This document shows positions 26,973 through 40,462 of a DNA stretch of 64,000 nt, piece after piece. The notes beneath the pieces are model-generated. The model had not been told where the DNA came from. It saw nothing but the letters and a program-made list of their open reading frames with translations, and ran no database searches. Both the position numbers and the translations under genes were made by a program. The stretch is from Oikopleura dioica (taxonomy: Eukaryota > Animalia > Chordata): NCBI GenBank assembly GCA_907165135.1, contig OU015569.1, forward strand, positions 5,704,001-5,768,000, written 5' to 3'. How positions within the stretch are numbered: position 1 is the first letter of the stretch; the number at the start of each line of letters is the position of its first letter.

Positions 26973-28432
26973 ATGGTATTTATGATCCGATTTAAAGCGC
27001 ATTTGATAAATCTGAACAACACTGCCACAGATATTCAAGTTATTGTCAGAAATTCGCGACAGAAAAAGCTGCTGAGGAAGAAGATACTCAAACCAGTAAG
27101 TTACATCACGTGGAAAGCAAATGAAGATAAGCCGCCATCGGTTGGAAGTGATTGGGTTTACATCGCCGATTTGTACCCACTGAACGAAGATGTTATTTGG
27201 TGGCTCTCCCGACTGACGGATCGCTTCGTTGCAGGTAAAAAAAATCAATGATGACTTCCTTGCTTTCTTTTTTTTCAGTCCTTCACAGCGATTTGCTTGC
27301 AGCCAAGATAAACAACCTAGCGCCGACGAACATTATCATGCTCCGATCGAACGTAGCACAGGTGATTACGTCGAAGCTACGAGCAAAGAAGAACTCCTCC
27401 ATCGAGTCGTTTCGTATTTCAGAAAAGGGCCTCTTTGTTGCCACAGGTGAGAAGTTACAAAGAGCGAAATGTTTCGAATGCGAAACTCCTCGTGTAATTA
27501 TATTTCCGCGCATCAAATTGGCGCTAGAAAAGCTGCTATTAGGCGATAATTGTTTTTTTTCAAGAGATGAAAGACAAAGAGCTCTTTTCTCAAGAGGAGA
27601 ATGAATGCGTGGGACACGATCAACTTGGACTCAGTTTCAACTTATCGCTGACAATGGACGAGATCAAGCAGAGAGCTAAAGGAACGATTTCAAATAACAA
27701 GAGAATATTGAGTGTTTATGTCATAAACTTTATGAGTATCGATTATTTAATCCGAAAAAAGTGACACTACCACATCATGGAAGGAGAAAAGAAGGAAACA
27801 TACAGATTGATTCAGAGGACTCAGATGACCCTGACGACGACCTTGATATTTGAATGAAATTTGGCCTATAATTTCCAATTACCGGTTTAGTATGAGTTCG
27901 GTCTCAAGTGTGGAGATGTCAGGATGTTCGCAACTCGACGTAGACGTCTCAAAAATGTTCTGGAAGAGCTTCTCCCTCTCTCCTCCCATCGAATCGGAAC
28001 TTTATCAGCCTGATATTCTGCAGCGCCAGAGGACAGCTACTCCCGGTAAGTGCCATGTGTGTGTTTTTTTGAGATTACGAAAAATAGCGGGGAGAAAGAA
28101 GAGTTCGCGCTTGAGCCGTCACGAAATACAGTCAGCCAGATCACTCCACCTCGTTCAAATCAGATCATACCAAAAGGAAGTAGCAGAAGAGGAGGAAAGA
28201 AAGAAAAACATATCTGAGAATCGTCTTCGAGCAAGAGAACTTCTGGAGAGCCACCGAAAACATCGAGTTTATGCTGAGCTTATTTCATCCCGTAAGTATA
28301 CTTTAAAATGACCTTGTTCGGAATTTCTCAGGAGTGAACCGGAGATACGTTCGAGAGGAAAAAAACAACAACGATTCCGAAGCGGATGAAGTCCAAAAAC
28401 TCGACTTCTTCAAATCGAAGACGTTTCACTAA
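26973..28432 (+). CDS. Hypothetical multi-exon protein
   Basis: ORFs 26973..27251 and 27248..27604 are joined by canonical GT-AG introns, with further exon-like ORFs to ~28432; no domain recognised. Confidence 0.5.
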
Positions 28433-28737
28433 AATCTTTGCAAAATTCCTTTTCCGATAAGTTCTTTCCTATTGCCCGAAATATATTTTTATACTCTCTT
28501 AACAATGTTTATATACAAGCAGGTGTCTAACATTATGCGAATGAGGCTACTAATTATCGATGGAAGGATACGTGTCTGATGACGTGAAAGTTTTCGGAGA
28601 AAAGTGCTCTTCGGTGATTCACGGGCCAAATTGCCCGAGGCCGCACGGCATTGGCGGTGGAGGAGTTGAACATTCAGATGATCTAGTAAATTTGTATGTC
28701 GTAAAAGTACATGTACGTTAAAAACTAAGAGGAATCG

Positions 28738-31700
28738 ATGGAAAAGAGATTATTCCTACTTTGCTTGGCTGGGAGCGCCGCTGCACAGACTTGCAGGTTC
28801 TGGGCTTGATAGTGTTTTAATTAAAAATATAAACAGAAATCAAAAATGATAGTCTACGTTCGAACCCAGATAAAAGTGATAATGCGGATCGATCCGTATG
28901 CTACAAATTGAAGAACATGGGTTTATGCTCTGCCTACGGCAGTGAATGTAAATATACTTGCGGATTATGCTATTCATCTTCCAGAACATCTGCAGCTCCA
29001 GGAAATGAGTTAGCTCTATCGAAGAATCACACAGTGATCCACAGTGGATATATTTTTGCAGGGAATTTCTGAGTGACCCATGATAAGCATCTACAAGCAG
29101 CAGCGAGCCCTGTGGTTCTTCAGATATGCGAAGACTAAAATGTGAGCAACGGTGTATAAAAACCAATGAAAAAGCGCAGTGTGCATGCCATACAGGCTTT
29201 AAATTATCCGGCAGTAATAGATGCATCGACGAGAATGAATGTCTCGACTCCACAAAGATGGCCCAATGTGATGATCTTGATCTCAAGTGCCAAAACTACT
29301 ATGGTGGCTTTTTCTGTGCTAATAAAGAATCTTGTGGATTCGATGAGATGAAACGTTATCATCGAGATGGATGCTGCAAAATTGACAATGATGAGACGTG
29401 TGGGCAACAAGGTCTCATTGGCGCTGGATCAGGTCGAATCCTTGGAGGATCTGATGCATCGAGAGGACAATGGCCATGGCTCGTCTGGATTAAATACGAA
29501 AACAACGATGGACTTGGCCCCCGTCTTTGTGGAGGATCACTCATCTCAAACCAATGGGTACTTACAGCCGCACATTGCGTGATTTCTGTAACTAAAGGTG
29601 ACAGATTTAAAACTTGCGATGGCTGTCTCGAAATGAATGCCGGTGTGTACAACACCGGTCTTTCATACAGCGATGAGATGCATCGCGTTCCACTCGTGCC
29701 AAAGAAGATTGTTGTGCATGATAATTATAAAGGCGAAGGTCTATTCAACGATATTGCTTTGGTCCAAATCGACCCCGTTGATATTGTGAGCAGCGATTAT
29801 GTCAAGCCGATTTGTCTACCTAAATTCGAAGAGCCTGTTGCCGGAACAAAATGCTTCATCGCGGGCTGGGGTCAAACCCTGAACGACACGCAGTCTGCCG
29901 TTCTTCAAGATGCGCCTATAACTATTTCCGATATTGATGCATGTAAGGCCAATTACGATGTGAAAGGACATCTTCAATCGAGAGTTCGAGTAGAAGATCA
30001 CATTTGCGGAAAAGAATCTAACTTGGATCAAATAGAGTTCATCTACAAAGATGCTTGCCAGGGTGACTCTGGGGGTCCACTTATGTGTCAGCGTTGCGAG
30101 TCTTGTAATTGGTATGTCGCCGGTGTCGTCAGTTTTGGCGACGATTGCGGCAAATGGGATGGTGTTTATACAAAAGTATCTCGATACGAAGATTGGATAA
30201 GAAGAAACATGCTGCTACCAGTTCTTAAAAAAGATAAAGTCCAAGGTCTTTCGTGTCACGCTTGCTGCGAGTTCATTGAAATATCAGGAGATTCTCTCCA
30301 GAAAGACCGACAAGGCATTTACAGAATTGACTTCGGCATCGGAAAAGTAGCTAAGCGAAAAGTATATAAGCAACTTTATCAGAAACCAGAAGACACAAAC
30401 TACCTCTGGTTCTTATCCAACGAACAGTACAACATTTGGTTTGTCAACAAGAAGGTTGGAGAACCAAGTGGAGGAATTTTAAGTGCAGATCCAGCCGCGT
30501 GCCCCGCAAATTCTCGAAAAAATCAGTGGAAAATTTATGATGAAAGCAGTGGAAAGGGTTACTGGCGAAGACCAGAGCCTGAATTTGAAGTTAAATGTGT
30601 CGACAATCCGTTCGAATGGTCAACTTGGTCAGCTTGTTCAAAAATCGCACAGAAGAGTGGTTTAACTACATCGCTCAGCGAGAATGATCCCTGTCTTGGA
30701 ACGCAAACACGCACGAGAAATAGTCAGCAATCTGAACAGGAAGAGGTTCAATCGCGATCCTGTCTTCTGAAAGCAAGAGGCTGTTGCTGCAAAGAGTTTT
30801 CGATGAAAGCAAAGAACTCTGCAGAATCTGCGATGATTTGGTCTCGCATTGAAGATGACTTCTCCAACAATGCGCGATTCAAAGCAATTGTGGGCGGAAA
30901 CGAAATATTCCTCATTCATTCTTCTGTAAGTGATCCGAATAAACACTAACACGCAATACTTCAAAATTTTTATATACAAATTATTTTTAGCGATTTAGCG
31001 GGCCAAAATGGCTTGTTACCCCAACACTATCGGGCAACAGCGCGTATGCTTTCCAGGCAATAGAAGAAGCGAACAAATTCTGTCCTTATCACAAAGAAAT
31101 TTATCGACTTGCTACCAGCGGCAAATACGTCGAAACGGAGTATGAATACAAGTGTACTGAAGGAAAGATTTCGCAATTATATCTTTAGCTTTGTATTCTC
31201 CATCAATAATTATAAATCATAATTTATAATTCAAATAAATTTCATTGTATGAATCTATCGTGAAGAAGTAACCACAAAAACGAAGAAAATAACGACGACG
31301 ACAACAACGACGACGTCAACAACGACGACGTCAACAACAACAACAACAACAACAACAAGCACAACAACTTCAACGACAACTACTACTTCCACTACAACGT
31401 CAACAACTACATCGACGACATCAACAACTACATCGACTACGACGACTACAACGGCAAAAGTGAGGAATCTATACGTGTCAACATGGACTGAATGGTCAGT
31501 TTGCTCATCCTCATGCGGTGGGGGTCGCCAATCTCGTTCGAGGGGTTGCTTCGACGACGGCAAAGTAGCAACTGACTGCTCAGAATTTCTTACAGATGGC
31601 AAGTTTGACATGAACTAATATTTTGACATCGCTAAACCTAGATCGCGAATGTGCAACCGAAGAATGTGCGAGCTTCGAGTGCTGTCAGTTTATGAAAATC

Positions 31701-32773
31701 GAAACCACGTCCAAGGAAGCAAACTCTATTGCTGGCAGCTACAAAATCTATGATGAGCATGATACGCTTGCATACAAGTCACTGAGGGGCAATTTGTTTA
31801 TATACAGTCACCCAACAGAGTCACAGACGATTTGGCTGATAGGAAACGATCCGACTAAAGTGTTTTCATATGCTTATTCGATCCAACGAGCGGGTACTCG
31901 TTGTCCAGTCGAATCACAGAATTGGCAGCTATTTACCGATGGTAGATGGCGAAATGAGCCTGACTTGTTAAGGATTTTCATTATTTTTGTATAATATAGG
32001 CTATATTTAAAAAGAAAAGGCAGCTAATATTGCTTAACTCTATGTAATATAGAGTGTCTATTTAGCGCATGAAAAGTTTGATGAAAACTCAAAAGACATT
32101 GAGCTGTGGCACTAATTGGTCCGAATGGGGACGATGTAGCACCACATGCGGAGCCGGTCAAAAAAGTAGAATCCGTTTTGACGCAGCTAGCAATGAATTG
32201 TCGGAAACTGCGAGCTGTAATAACGGCCTTTGCGAAACAGCGTGTCTAGGAAAAGTTCAATGCTTCTTTATAAGTTTTTTCAACTGATTTTTGAATAAAT
32301 TATTTTCGATCGCAAGTTTGAACTTGAAAAAGATTATGAGGACCAGAATGATAAATGTTCGAATTGGGGCGAGAAAGGATACTGTCTTCGCAAGTTTGTG
32401 AGATACATGAACAAGAAGTGCAGTAGAACATGTTGCCAGAAAGGAGAGCTGCAGCAACAGCAAATTGTCTCTGGGCCGATGGCTCGTAGCGGCGCTCGAA
32501 ACGGTTTTTTAAGCTCTGACATTTCCATGGTACGGAATTTATATTGCAAGATTAATCTAATCTCACGTTAAGTGTGATGTCGAACAAAACGTATTCGATG
32601 ATGATAATTTGGCACCTCCGTCAGATCCCCTTTCTTTAGAAGCGTATATGCTTGAAACAGCAACCTGTCAGAACAGGAAATTCATTGAAATGTTCTGGCC
32701 TCGCGATTCTGGCCTTTCGGCGCGATCTGAAGATCCCGATGTAATTCGTCCAAATTACGGGAGACTGGGCTAG
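28738..32773 (+). CDS. Secreted multidomain serine protease: signal peptide, ShKT-like, EGF-Ca, trypsin, Cys-rich repeats, TSP1 repeats, Thr-rich linker, ShKT
   Basis: MEKRLFLLCLAGSAAA signal; CIDENEC EGF; RILGG, WVLTAAHC, NDIAL and DACQGDSGGP catalytic triad; WSTWSAC/WTEWSVC/WSEWGRC TSP1; CSNWGEKGYC...CSRTCC ShKT. Confidence 0.88.
31270..31455 (+). repeat. Thr-codon (ACN) low-complexity repeat, mucin-like linker of the protease
   Basis: Runs of ACA/ACG/ACT codons. Confidence 0.9.
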
Positions 32774-33039
32774 GCTTGGTGAACACCAGTCGCTTAACTC
32801 AATCCTCAAAGCACATGTAAATATGGAAATTTTTGAAATAAATTGCTGTTTTAATCTACTCGGAAGTTAAACTATTTATTTTAAACTATTCGATAAAAAT
32901 CGCGAACAGGAAGGTAACATATTCTAAACGTCTCTCCAGGGAGCGAAAAGTCGTTTCCTGTATTCCCTAGAACGTTTCTTCAGAACTATTAGGAGCTTAT
33001 AAAAAGTGATAAAATTTTTCTTTCAAAGGATGTTTGGAA

Positions 33040-34330
33040 TTTTAAGCTTGGCTTGTAGTGTTGATGTGAGCGGCGAGATGCTGAAGGATGAGAGCTCGAG
33101 AGTCGACTTCTTGATGCAGGACTGGAAAAGTGTCAGGATAGAGCTGCGGGGAGTTCGTTGGCGAGCTTGAAGAGGTACACGAGGATCTCGAGGATGAGCA
33201 ACTAAAAGTGCATAGCTTTCGGAAAGAAAGGACGCACGCTTACGATGATGAATTGTCGGCCTCCCAGGTGCGATAGAAACTAGGAGATGCGCTGTAGCTC
33301 CGACGGGCGCTGTTGAACGCAGAGTCCATTTGGTAGCAGAGTCTTTTGCAGAGAGTTAGCTTTCGCATCACGTCTGGAACTTACTCTTGGCCCTCATCAG
33401 GCGAAGAAGTGCTCTTGGATGAGTCTTCCTCGATTTCGCTTTGGATTTCCTGAGTGGACATTTGGGCACACATCAGCTCTCTGTATCAACGTTTAAGAAG
33501 GATAGTTTTCAAATTATTTTATATTATAAAATGCTTCTTTTATAATGCTTTTGAAAAATTGACTTTGATCGTTTTTGAGTTTCGGTCTTGATGCTCACTG
33601 ACTTTTGAAAAACCCTTAGGTTTACCTTATAAACTTGTCGTTCTCTTCTTTCAATTCAAGAACGTATTCTTCTAACTTCACGGGGTGCTACACATATTAT
33701 GGCTTCGAATTTTAATTTAAGATAAAAAAAATACTTTCATTTTGATTTTCTTGAGAATTTGTTTAACCATTACGCTACGAATGAATGGCGAATCGCGACA
33801 TTACATGAAGCGACCCTTCATTGGGATTTAAGCGTTTTAAAATTCAGAAAGGTAAATGCACGATAAAATCCCGACTTAGCTGAATCTCGTATTTGCGTTT
33901 TTTATCTCGCGATCGTCGCGCGGCTTCATTGTTCTTTCGCCGCTTTTCGCGGTACTCTTCGCTTAATCGAACGTCTTCCGTTATTGCTTCGCGGACGTCT
34001 TCTGAACTTCCATGGGTTTGGCCAACCGCTAATGATAACGAAAAAATAGACCATTAGAAACCCATAACCACTGGATCCAGAACTCGATTGATCAGCTCTG
34101 TTTCCATTTGCGTCATTGCTGTCGGAACTATTCCTGCTGCTGTCGCCTGAGGAGTTCGAAGAGCTACTATCCGAACTGCTAAAGAAAGTCTCAAAGATAG
34201 ATTGAAGCACAATCTGCGATCGAGCGTGAAAATAATAGTTCTACTAATACTAAAAAGAACTTACCTGCTGCTCCCCGATGGGCTCGTCCCTTCGTTTGAG
34301 TCTGAGTCGCAGGACTCTAAAAACGATAAT
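33040..34330 (-). CDS. Possible Ser-rich hypothetical protein; structure unresolved
   Basis: SSDSSSSNSSGDSS ORF 33926..34210 plus exon-like segments bounded by GTAAG donors; no homology recognised. Confidence 0.3.
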
Positions 34331-34699
34331 GCTCCGCATCTGTATGTATAATTAGTTCCCATCACGGCAATTCAAAGACCTCCTCTTCGCGAAAAAACGG
34401 TAAGACCAGAAGGTGAATTCTGGGAAGAGAGAGAGCCGCTCTTACCATTTTTTTGTGAGGAGGAAGCTTTTGAATTACCGTCATGGCACCTATGTATACT
34501 TGAGTGATCGCAAATGATTATTTGCATTTAATGACCTAATTTACCGTATATGCACGTATATCTTTTGAGATAACGAAGCCAATTTTACGGTACATACTTT
34601 TTGTGACCCAGGATCCAAAATACTATATAATAATGCTAGACAGAACGCATGATTATTAATGCAAAACAATTAATTTAAAGATCATTTCGTCCCTAAGAA

Positions 34700-37600
34700 G
34701 CTACTCATTCAGACATCGGTAGGCTCTTCATCTTTACCGATGTCGACGTAAATTGTTTCGTTTTCTTTCTCTTGGCTCATTCTTCCTCGTCGCTACAGTA
34801 GAACCAGATAATGATTTTTCAGAAAATCAAAATTCACAATGTGAATGTAAGTCCACTAACACTGTTGATGTATCTTTCTTTACACTCCAATACACTCGGT
34901 AATCGTCGCGGTCCGTATTAATATATAAGTATGATGAAACAATTACCACTCTGCTTTCAGTTCTGATTTATTTTTACCCAACAACTGTTCTGTTGTGATT
35001 CTAGATCAAATTAATCTTATGAACGAGATTAGAAAAATCGCCGAAAGTACTGGATTAACTCAGTTTGATTACATTTCTTTTGCGAAATTGAAAATTCGAA
35101 CGCCTGAAATTATAGATCTGAATGTTTTAAATTTGTTTAAAAGCTGCAAGATCCTTATACCGATTTTACCTACTTTTTGACAGTGGGGATTATTTTTCTG
35201 TGCTCCTCGTGATATTGATTGAATGAAAGACTGGCATCAGACAACTGTATTTTATCCTGGATTATTTTTGTCTTCCCGACTAGCAATCCTTTGGTTACCC
35301 AAGCGACTCCTAGGAATCGCGTACAGAAGCGATCTATCTCCGACTATTACTTCAAAGCAGTTTCTTCTCCCGTTTCAAAATGATATGAAAATTCAATAAA
35401 TATTTTCTCATTTATAAACAATTTATTCACATATTTACAAAAGCTGGAAAATATTGTTTTATGTACATCTATCGTTATCCACCCACTCGTCGAAAATTTC
35501 GTCGTTTGCGAAGGGATCGTTTCCAGCGGCGTCTTTCCAGATCGCCCATCGACATGCATACACATCTCTTTCGCATTTCCCCTGGCAAACCCCGTTCTTG
35601 CAGAGGGACTAAAGATACGTAGAAAGACGCTAAAAGTGAAAGACTTACCTTGCATTCCTCCCAGTTTTCTCTCAATGATGCATATTTCCAGGCGCCGCAA
35701 GAGCACTTCGCTCTTTTGAAAATCAGCTCTCCCTTTCTCTTACCGTTTTTGCACCTACCTGATGTAACGAGTGTTTTAACGGGGTAAAGACTTTCACCAC
35801 TGGGCGACGTAAGATTTTTGTATTCGGTTCCGAATTTTTCACGAAACTTCGATTTCATTATTTTATAACGTTTCACGTCGAAGATATCTTCATTGAGCGC
35901 CGGGCACCCTTAATTTAGTTTTATAGATGAAGATATCACGATTATAACCGTTTTTTAATAACGGTACCTTTATGACAAATAGTCAAAACAGGCTCAGGCG
36001 ATTGATTCTGAATTTCTTTCGGTCGGTCCCAAAACGTCCGCTAAACAGTTACGTTGAGGGTAATCAAAAACTCATTAAAGAGTGTCCTTACCGGACTAAG
36101 ACCAGCTTTGTCACTTTGGAATTTCATCGATATCCAACGACAACCAAACGTGTCACATTTGCAATGCATGTTGCGCGTCCACGGTCTAAAACGGGAGTTA
36201 ACGAAGTGAGCTAATTAGAGTGAAAGAGATTTACCCGCCGAACTCTGCTCGACACTTGATCACCCGACATTTCGTTCTTGGTGGAAATTTGAAGTTCGCC
36301 ATGTTTCTTCCGTAGCCATCCTCGCGAGTATTGATTACGACTCCGTCCAGCTTTGAAAATGAGTCGCTGAATGAAGAAAAAGATTTGATAAAAAATTTAC
36401 CTGGCAGCGTTGAAATTCATAGTCAGCCTGCGACTCGACCAAACATCCGTCTGATGCTAAACTCGACGCAGCTTGATTTACGAGTCCGTTGAATTCTTTC
36501 GGAAGGCTTTGAGTGCTCGCCGTAACTGTTGATGATATGGATGCTGTTGGCGGCGGATCTTCGATTGCTGATACGGTAGACGTAGGGGGCGATTTTGGTG
36601 TCGTCGTTTTAATCTCTTCAGTCGTGAAGATTGCAGTTGTTGTCGGTTCCGTGTCGAAAACTCTTTCATCCACGAACGTCGTTGAAGGAAGCGTCGTTGA
36701 CGTTTTCGGCGTATTCAATTGCAAAACTTCTTCGCAGCCACTATCGGGAGCCCAATAAACACCTTGCGAGTATGATCAGTATTTATCTTGATATTTAAAA
36801 ATGCAAAATGAGGGAAATCTAATTTGACTGGAATGAATGGAAAGTTAATCACAGGGAGCGCATAATTTCTCAGTCGGATATTGCGATTTCGTGCATTTGC
36901 ATATTTAGGCTTTTGCCTTTTTGTGACCCACTTACCCATACCATTGATGAATCCCGCCTTGTCAATGTATCCGTGGAATGCTCTTACGTGCCACTAGGTT
37001 TATTTTAGGTAAATTATTTTACTAAAAGTATACTTTGATATCTGGAAAAGCATCCGGAGGATTAAGCGCAAGGAAGCCAGAGTGATACCACTTGATGAAA
37101 CCAACGTAGTGGAAATTCTCCTCGTTGATTTCTGCTCTAAAAGATAAAAAGTAAGCAAATCGTTTTTATGCTAATTTTAATTTGATACCGATCGTTTGTC
37201 GTGCTTAATTTTATCATAGAAACTGCACCCCATGGAGGTGCAGATAGGTCGACCTCTACTTTTCTAATTCGCTCCGCAGCAGTTTCGTTCTCTAGAAGCC
37301 CATCGTCGCGATTAGTGAAGTTGAAAAACGTCCTCATCGCCGTTCTTGTGCCTCCAAGTAAAGGAAATCCGTGAAAACCAGATCTCACAGAATCATATTT
37401 TGTCATGAAGCTCGTCACGTGTCCGTTTCGACCTGGAATATCTTTGGTTCCGAGACAAGGTTTTGCACATGTATATCTCCAGAAGACCATTTTGGTCAGG
37501 GGCGGCTCGAGCATTCCCAAATTTAAATCCTCGTAATCATCGAACTTTTCGCCTATCTCGTAGCCAGCGATACCAGATTTGTAGAGACACGTGCCAGGGA

Positions 37601-38200
37601 TATTCTCATTCTGAGTAGGCGACTCTAAGCCAGTTGTACACTCTCTCCGCCCAGAAATGAAAAAGTCCCTCGTTTCCAAATCATTTTCAGAAAACACAGA
37701 CATAAAAGAAAGGTAACATGAATACGCTTTCTCAGCGTACTGGCCCGCCCAGGACCATCCGGTACAGTCAGTGCGATACTGGCATTCTCGCTGACATGTG
37801 ATCGGATAACGAAATTCTTTCCAAATTTCAATTCGAGTACTGTTCGAGAAGTGCTCTCGATCATAGAGGCAGCGCGTTTTTGATGGAGAAACTGCCTTTC
37901 ATTGTGTTTTACTATTGAATTCTATCTTGTTAATTGTGACGGACTATTTTCTTAATGAAACACGTTCCTGATAGAGCAAGAAAATCTTCGGAAATTTCAT
38001 TTCTCTGAGTTATTTTTCTTTCTTCACCATCAATCCGAAAGCTTTCAAGTTGCTTTCTAATTCGCCGCCAGCAGCTTCTACTCTTGCAAAGCACAATTTT
38101 ATAAATGCACAAATCAATGGTCCGATCGGAGAGAGATAATATCTGTGACCACAAAGGGGCGGCAGAGAGTCACCGGTGGTGTCTAGTGATAACCACGCTC
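34700..38200 (-). CDS. Large Cys-rich protein with a Thr/Ser-rich segment, probably extracellular; multi-exon, boundaries approximate
   Basis: Co-oriented ORFs 37137..37703, 36335..36724 (T-rich) and 35475..35876 with spaced Cys and plausible splice sites. Confidence 0.4.
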
Positions 38201-38441
38201 TTGTCACCGGGATATTTTTAGCGGAGAATTACAGGAACTACTATAATGATTAGCTAAACTTGATGAAAGCCAACAGCAAGAAATTCTCTAGAATTATTTT
38301 TGATTTCTTCATCTGAACCGAATATCGAATCATTTAGTTCCATGCTTCTGCAAGGTAAGAACAAAGACAAAAGAAAGTTCGTTTAGAAGCCTTATTCCGA
38401 ATAAAATAAAAAGTTATTTGAATTAAATTGCCTGTTGCAGG

Positions 38442-40462
38442 ATGGAAAAAGTGATAACGAAAATTTCTGAAATGGATCTCGTAACAGATGTTTTATGTGG
38501 ATGCGTCGGGAACAACCAACTTGAGCCATCGGGACGCTCAAGAAGCGCGCAAGAAGAGATCGTTTTAGAAAAGGATCATGAAGGCAAGGTGGAAACTAAA
38601 GACGAAAAGAAAGACGGTTCTTCTGACGAATCATCTACCTCGGACTCTTCTTCTGATTCTTCTACTGATGACGAGATGATACCTGAATGGCCTAACAGAA
38701 TGTATGAACCCATTGAACAACGTGGCTACTGGGATGAAACTTTGACGGGGATAGTAAAACCGTCTAAATATTGGATTGATGGGAGGATGGAATGGACTCA
38801 GGGAGAGTGCAGACGCGCTTTTGATAGTAAGAGTTCCAATATTTTTAAGACTTACCGTTCTTTTTTTAGAAAACGGCTTCAACGCTGGTTTGCGTGAATA
38901 CTCTGCCGAAACCATTCATCTAGATGATCTGATTGAAGTGTCTACGCTTATTTACGTAAGTAATGAATAATTATAAAAGACAAAAATTGAGTTTTGTTAA
39001 CAAGATGGTTATAGGAAGGAGAAACACCCTGGGAGACGGCGGAACGAATGTGGATAGAAAACAGGAAAAGAATATTTGTTGAGGAGCATATGCATTTACT
39101 CAAATCAAGCGAGCGACCATGGGTCAGATGTAATATAGAAGATGTTTACTTGCAAGTTGGATTTCCCAAGCCTAGGAGAAAGGGCGTTCTTCCGACCTAC
39201 ACTTATATGATGAAAAGAGAAAGACCTGCTGATTATCGCGACGTGATGACCAGATTATTGAAAGAATATGGTGAGCACCCACCAGAAGAACCACCTCGGA
39301 TACCACCTTCATACTACCATATTCCAAAGGAAGTAAAAGAGAAACCAAAAGAAGATGAGAAGAAGAAAAAGAAGAAAAAGAAAAAGAAGAAGAAAAATAA
39401 AAATAAAAAAGAAAACGGAAAAGAGGGAGAAGAAAATGATGAAAAAGAGGGCAAGAAAAAAAGCGATAAAGAGGGAAAGAACAAAAATGACAAGAAAGGT
39501 GAAGATGAGGAAGAAGAAAAAAAACCTGAAAAACCGGAGAGAATCAAGATCGATGGTTACTGGATCGGAAGAAAAAGAACTGACGAGGAAAAAGAAAGGG
39601 ATAGAATAGCAAAAGATAAACGTCGCAAAGAAAGAGAGAAAAAGAGAGCCGAAAAAACGAACGCCGAAGGAGACGTGAAGAAAGACGTGAAAGGAGACGT
39701 CTAAAGGAACTTGCTAATCCAAAGAATCAAGCTAATAATAATCCCGACAGACCCGATGCAGCCAACACGAACAATACCGACGAAGCTAACTTGGACAGAT
39801 CTGGTGCTGCAAATATGGACAAATCTGACGAAGCTAATATGGACAAACCTGGTGCAGCTCCGGAGTACAATGTAGAAAAGAAGAAGAAGAAAATGATCAA
39901 AATACCTAACTCATATTTGGGCATGTCATATATGGAACTCAGAGAACTCCAGAATCGGGAAATCGTTGAGCCTGAAGTCGAAAAAGAATGTGTTTGGGAA
40001 TGGTGGGACAAATGGGAGAAGAAATATGGTAAAAATGCGACACCTATGTCTATCGTGAATAATATGTCGGATGAGGAAATGGCAAAGAGAGCCGCTGTTA
40101 TCCGAGCAGAAAACGAAGAAATAGAAAGAATTAAAAAGTTAACATGGCCAGATCCTTACCGACTCCAACTAGCCAACAAAATAGATGGACAACATATGTA
40201 TGAGGCTTTGGTCGCGGCACAAATAAGGGAAGGACATGACATGACATGGATGGAGAAATATAAAAATGATCCTTACCCTGCTTTTGACGAAATTGAACTA
40301 ACAGACGAGGAGTGCGAAAAAGAAACCCCCACAGTTGACACGGTTGAAAATGAAAATAACAAAGACGACATAGCCGCCACAGAAGATAAAGTAATGAAGA
40401 ATCCCGATGTCATCATTTATTCGCAACCTGACTTTGATGAAATGCCGCCCCTTTTTGATTGA
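38442..40462 (+). CDS. Orphan Lys/Glu-rich protein with Trp-rich segments and short 8-aa repeats; frameshift or two genes at ~39700
   Basis: ORFs 38442..38897, 39048..39704 and 39791..40462 on the same strand; poly-K/E tract; DRPDAANT/DRSGAANM/DKSDEANM repeats. Confidence 0.55.

Noticed and set aside
31600-31645. GC-AG intron in the protease as another stem-closed intron
   Set aside because: Short (~43 nt), no direct repeat, and only marginal end pairing
39314-39547. Phe/Ser-rich ORFs antisense to K/E tracts (also 62698..63006 and 1836..2039)
   Set aside because: Reverse complement of poly-Lys/Glu coding sequence
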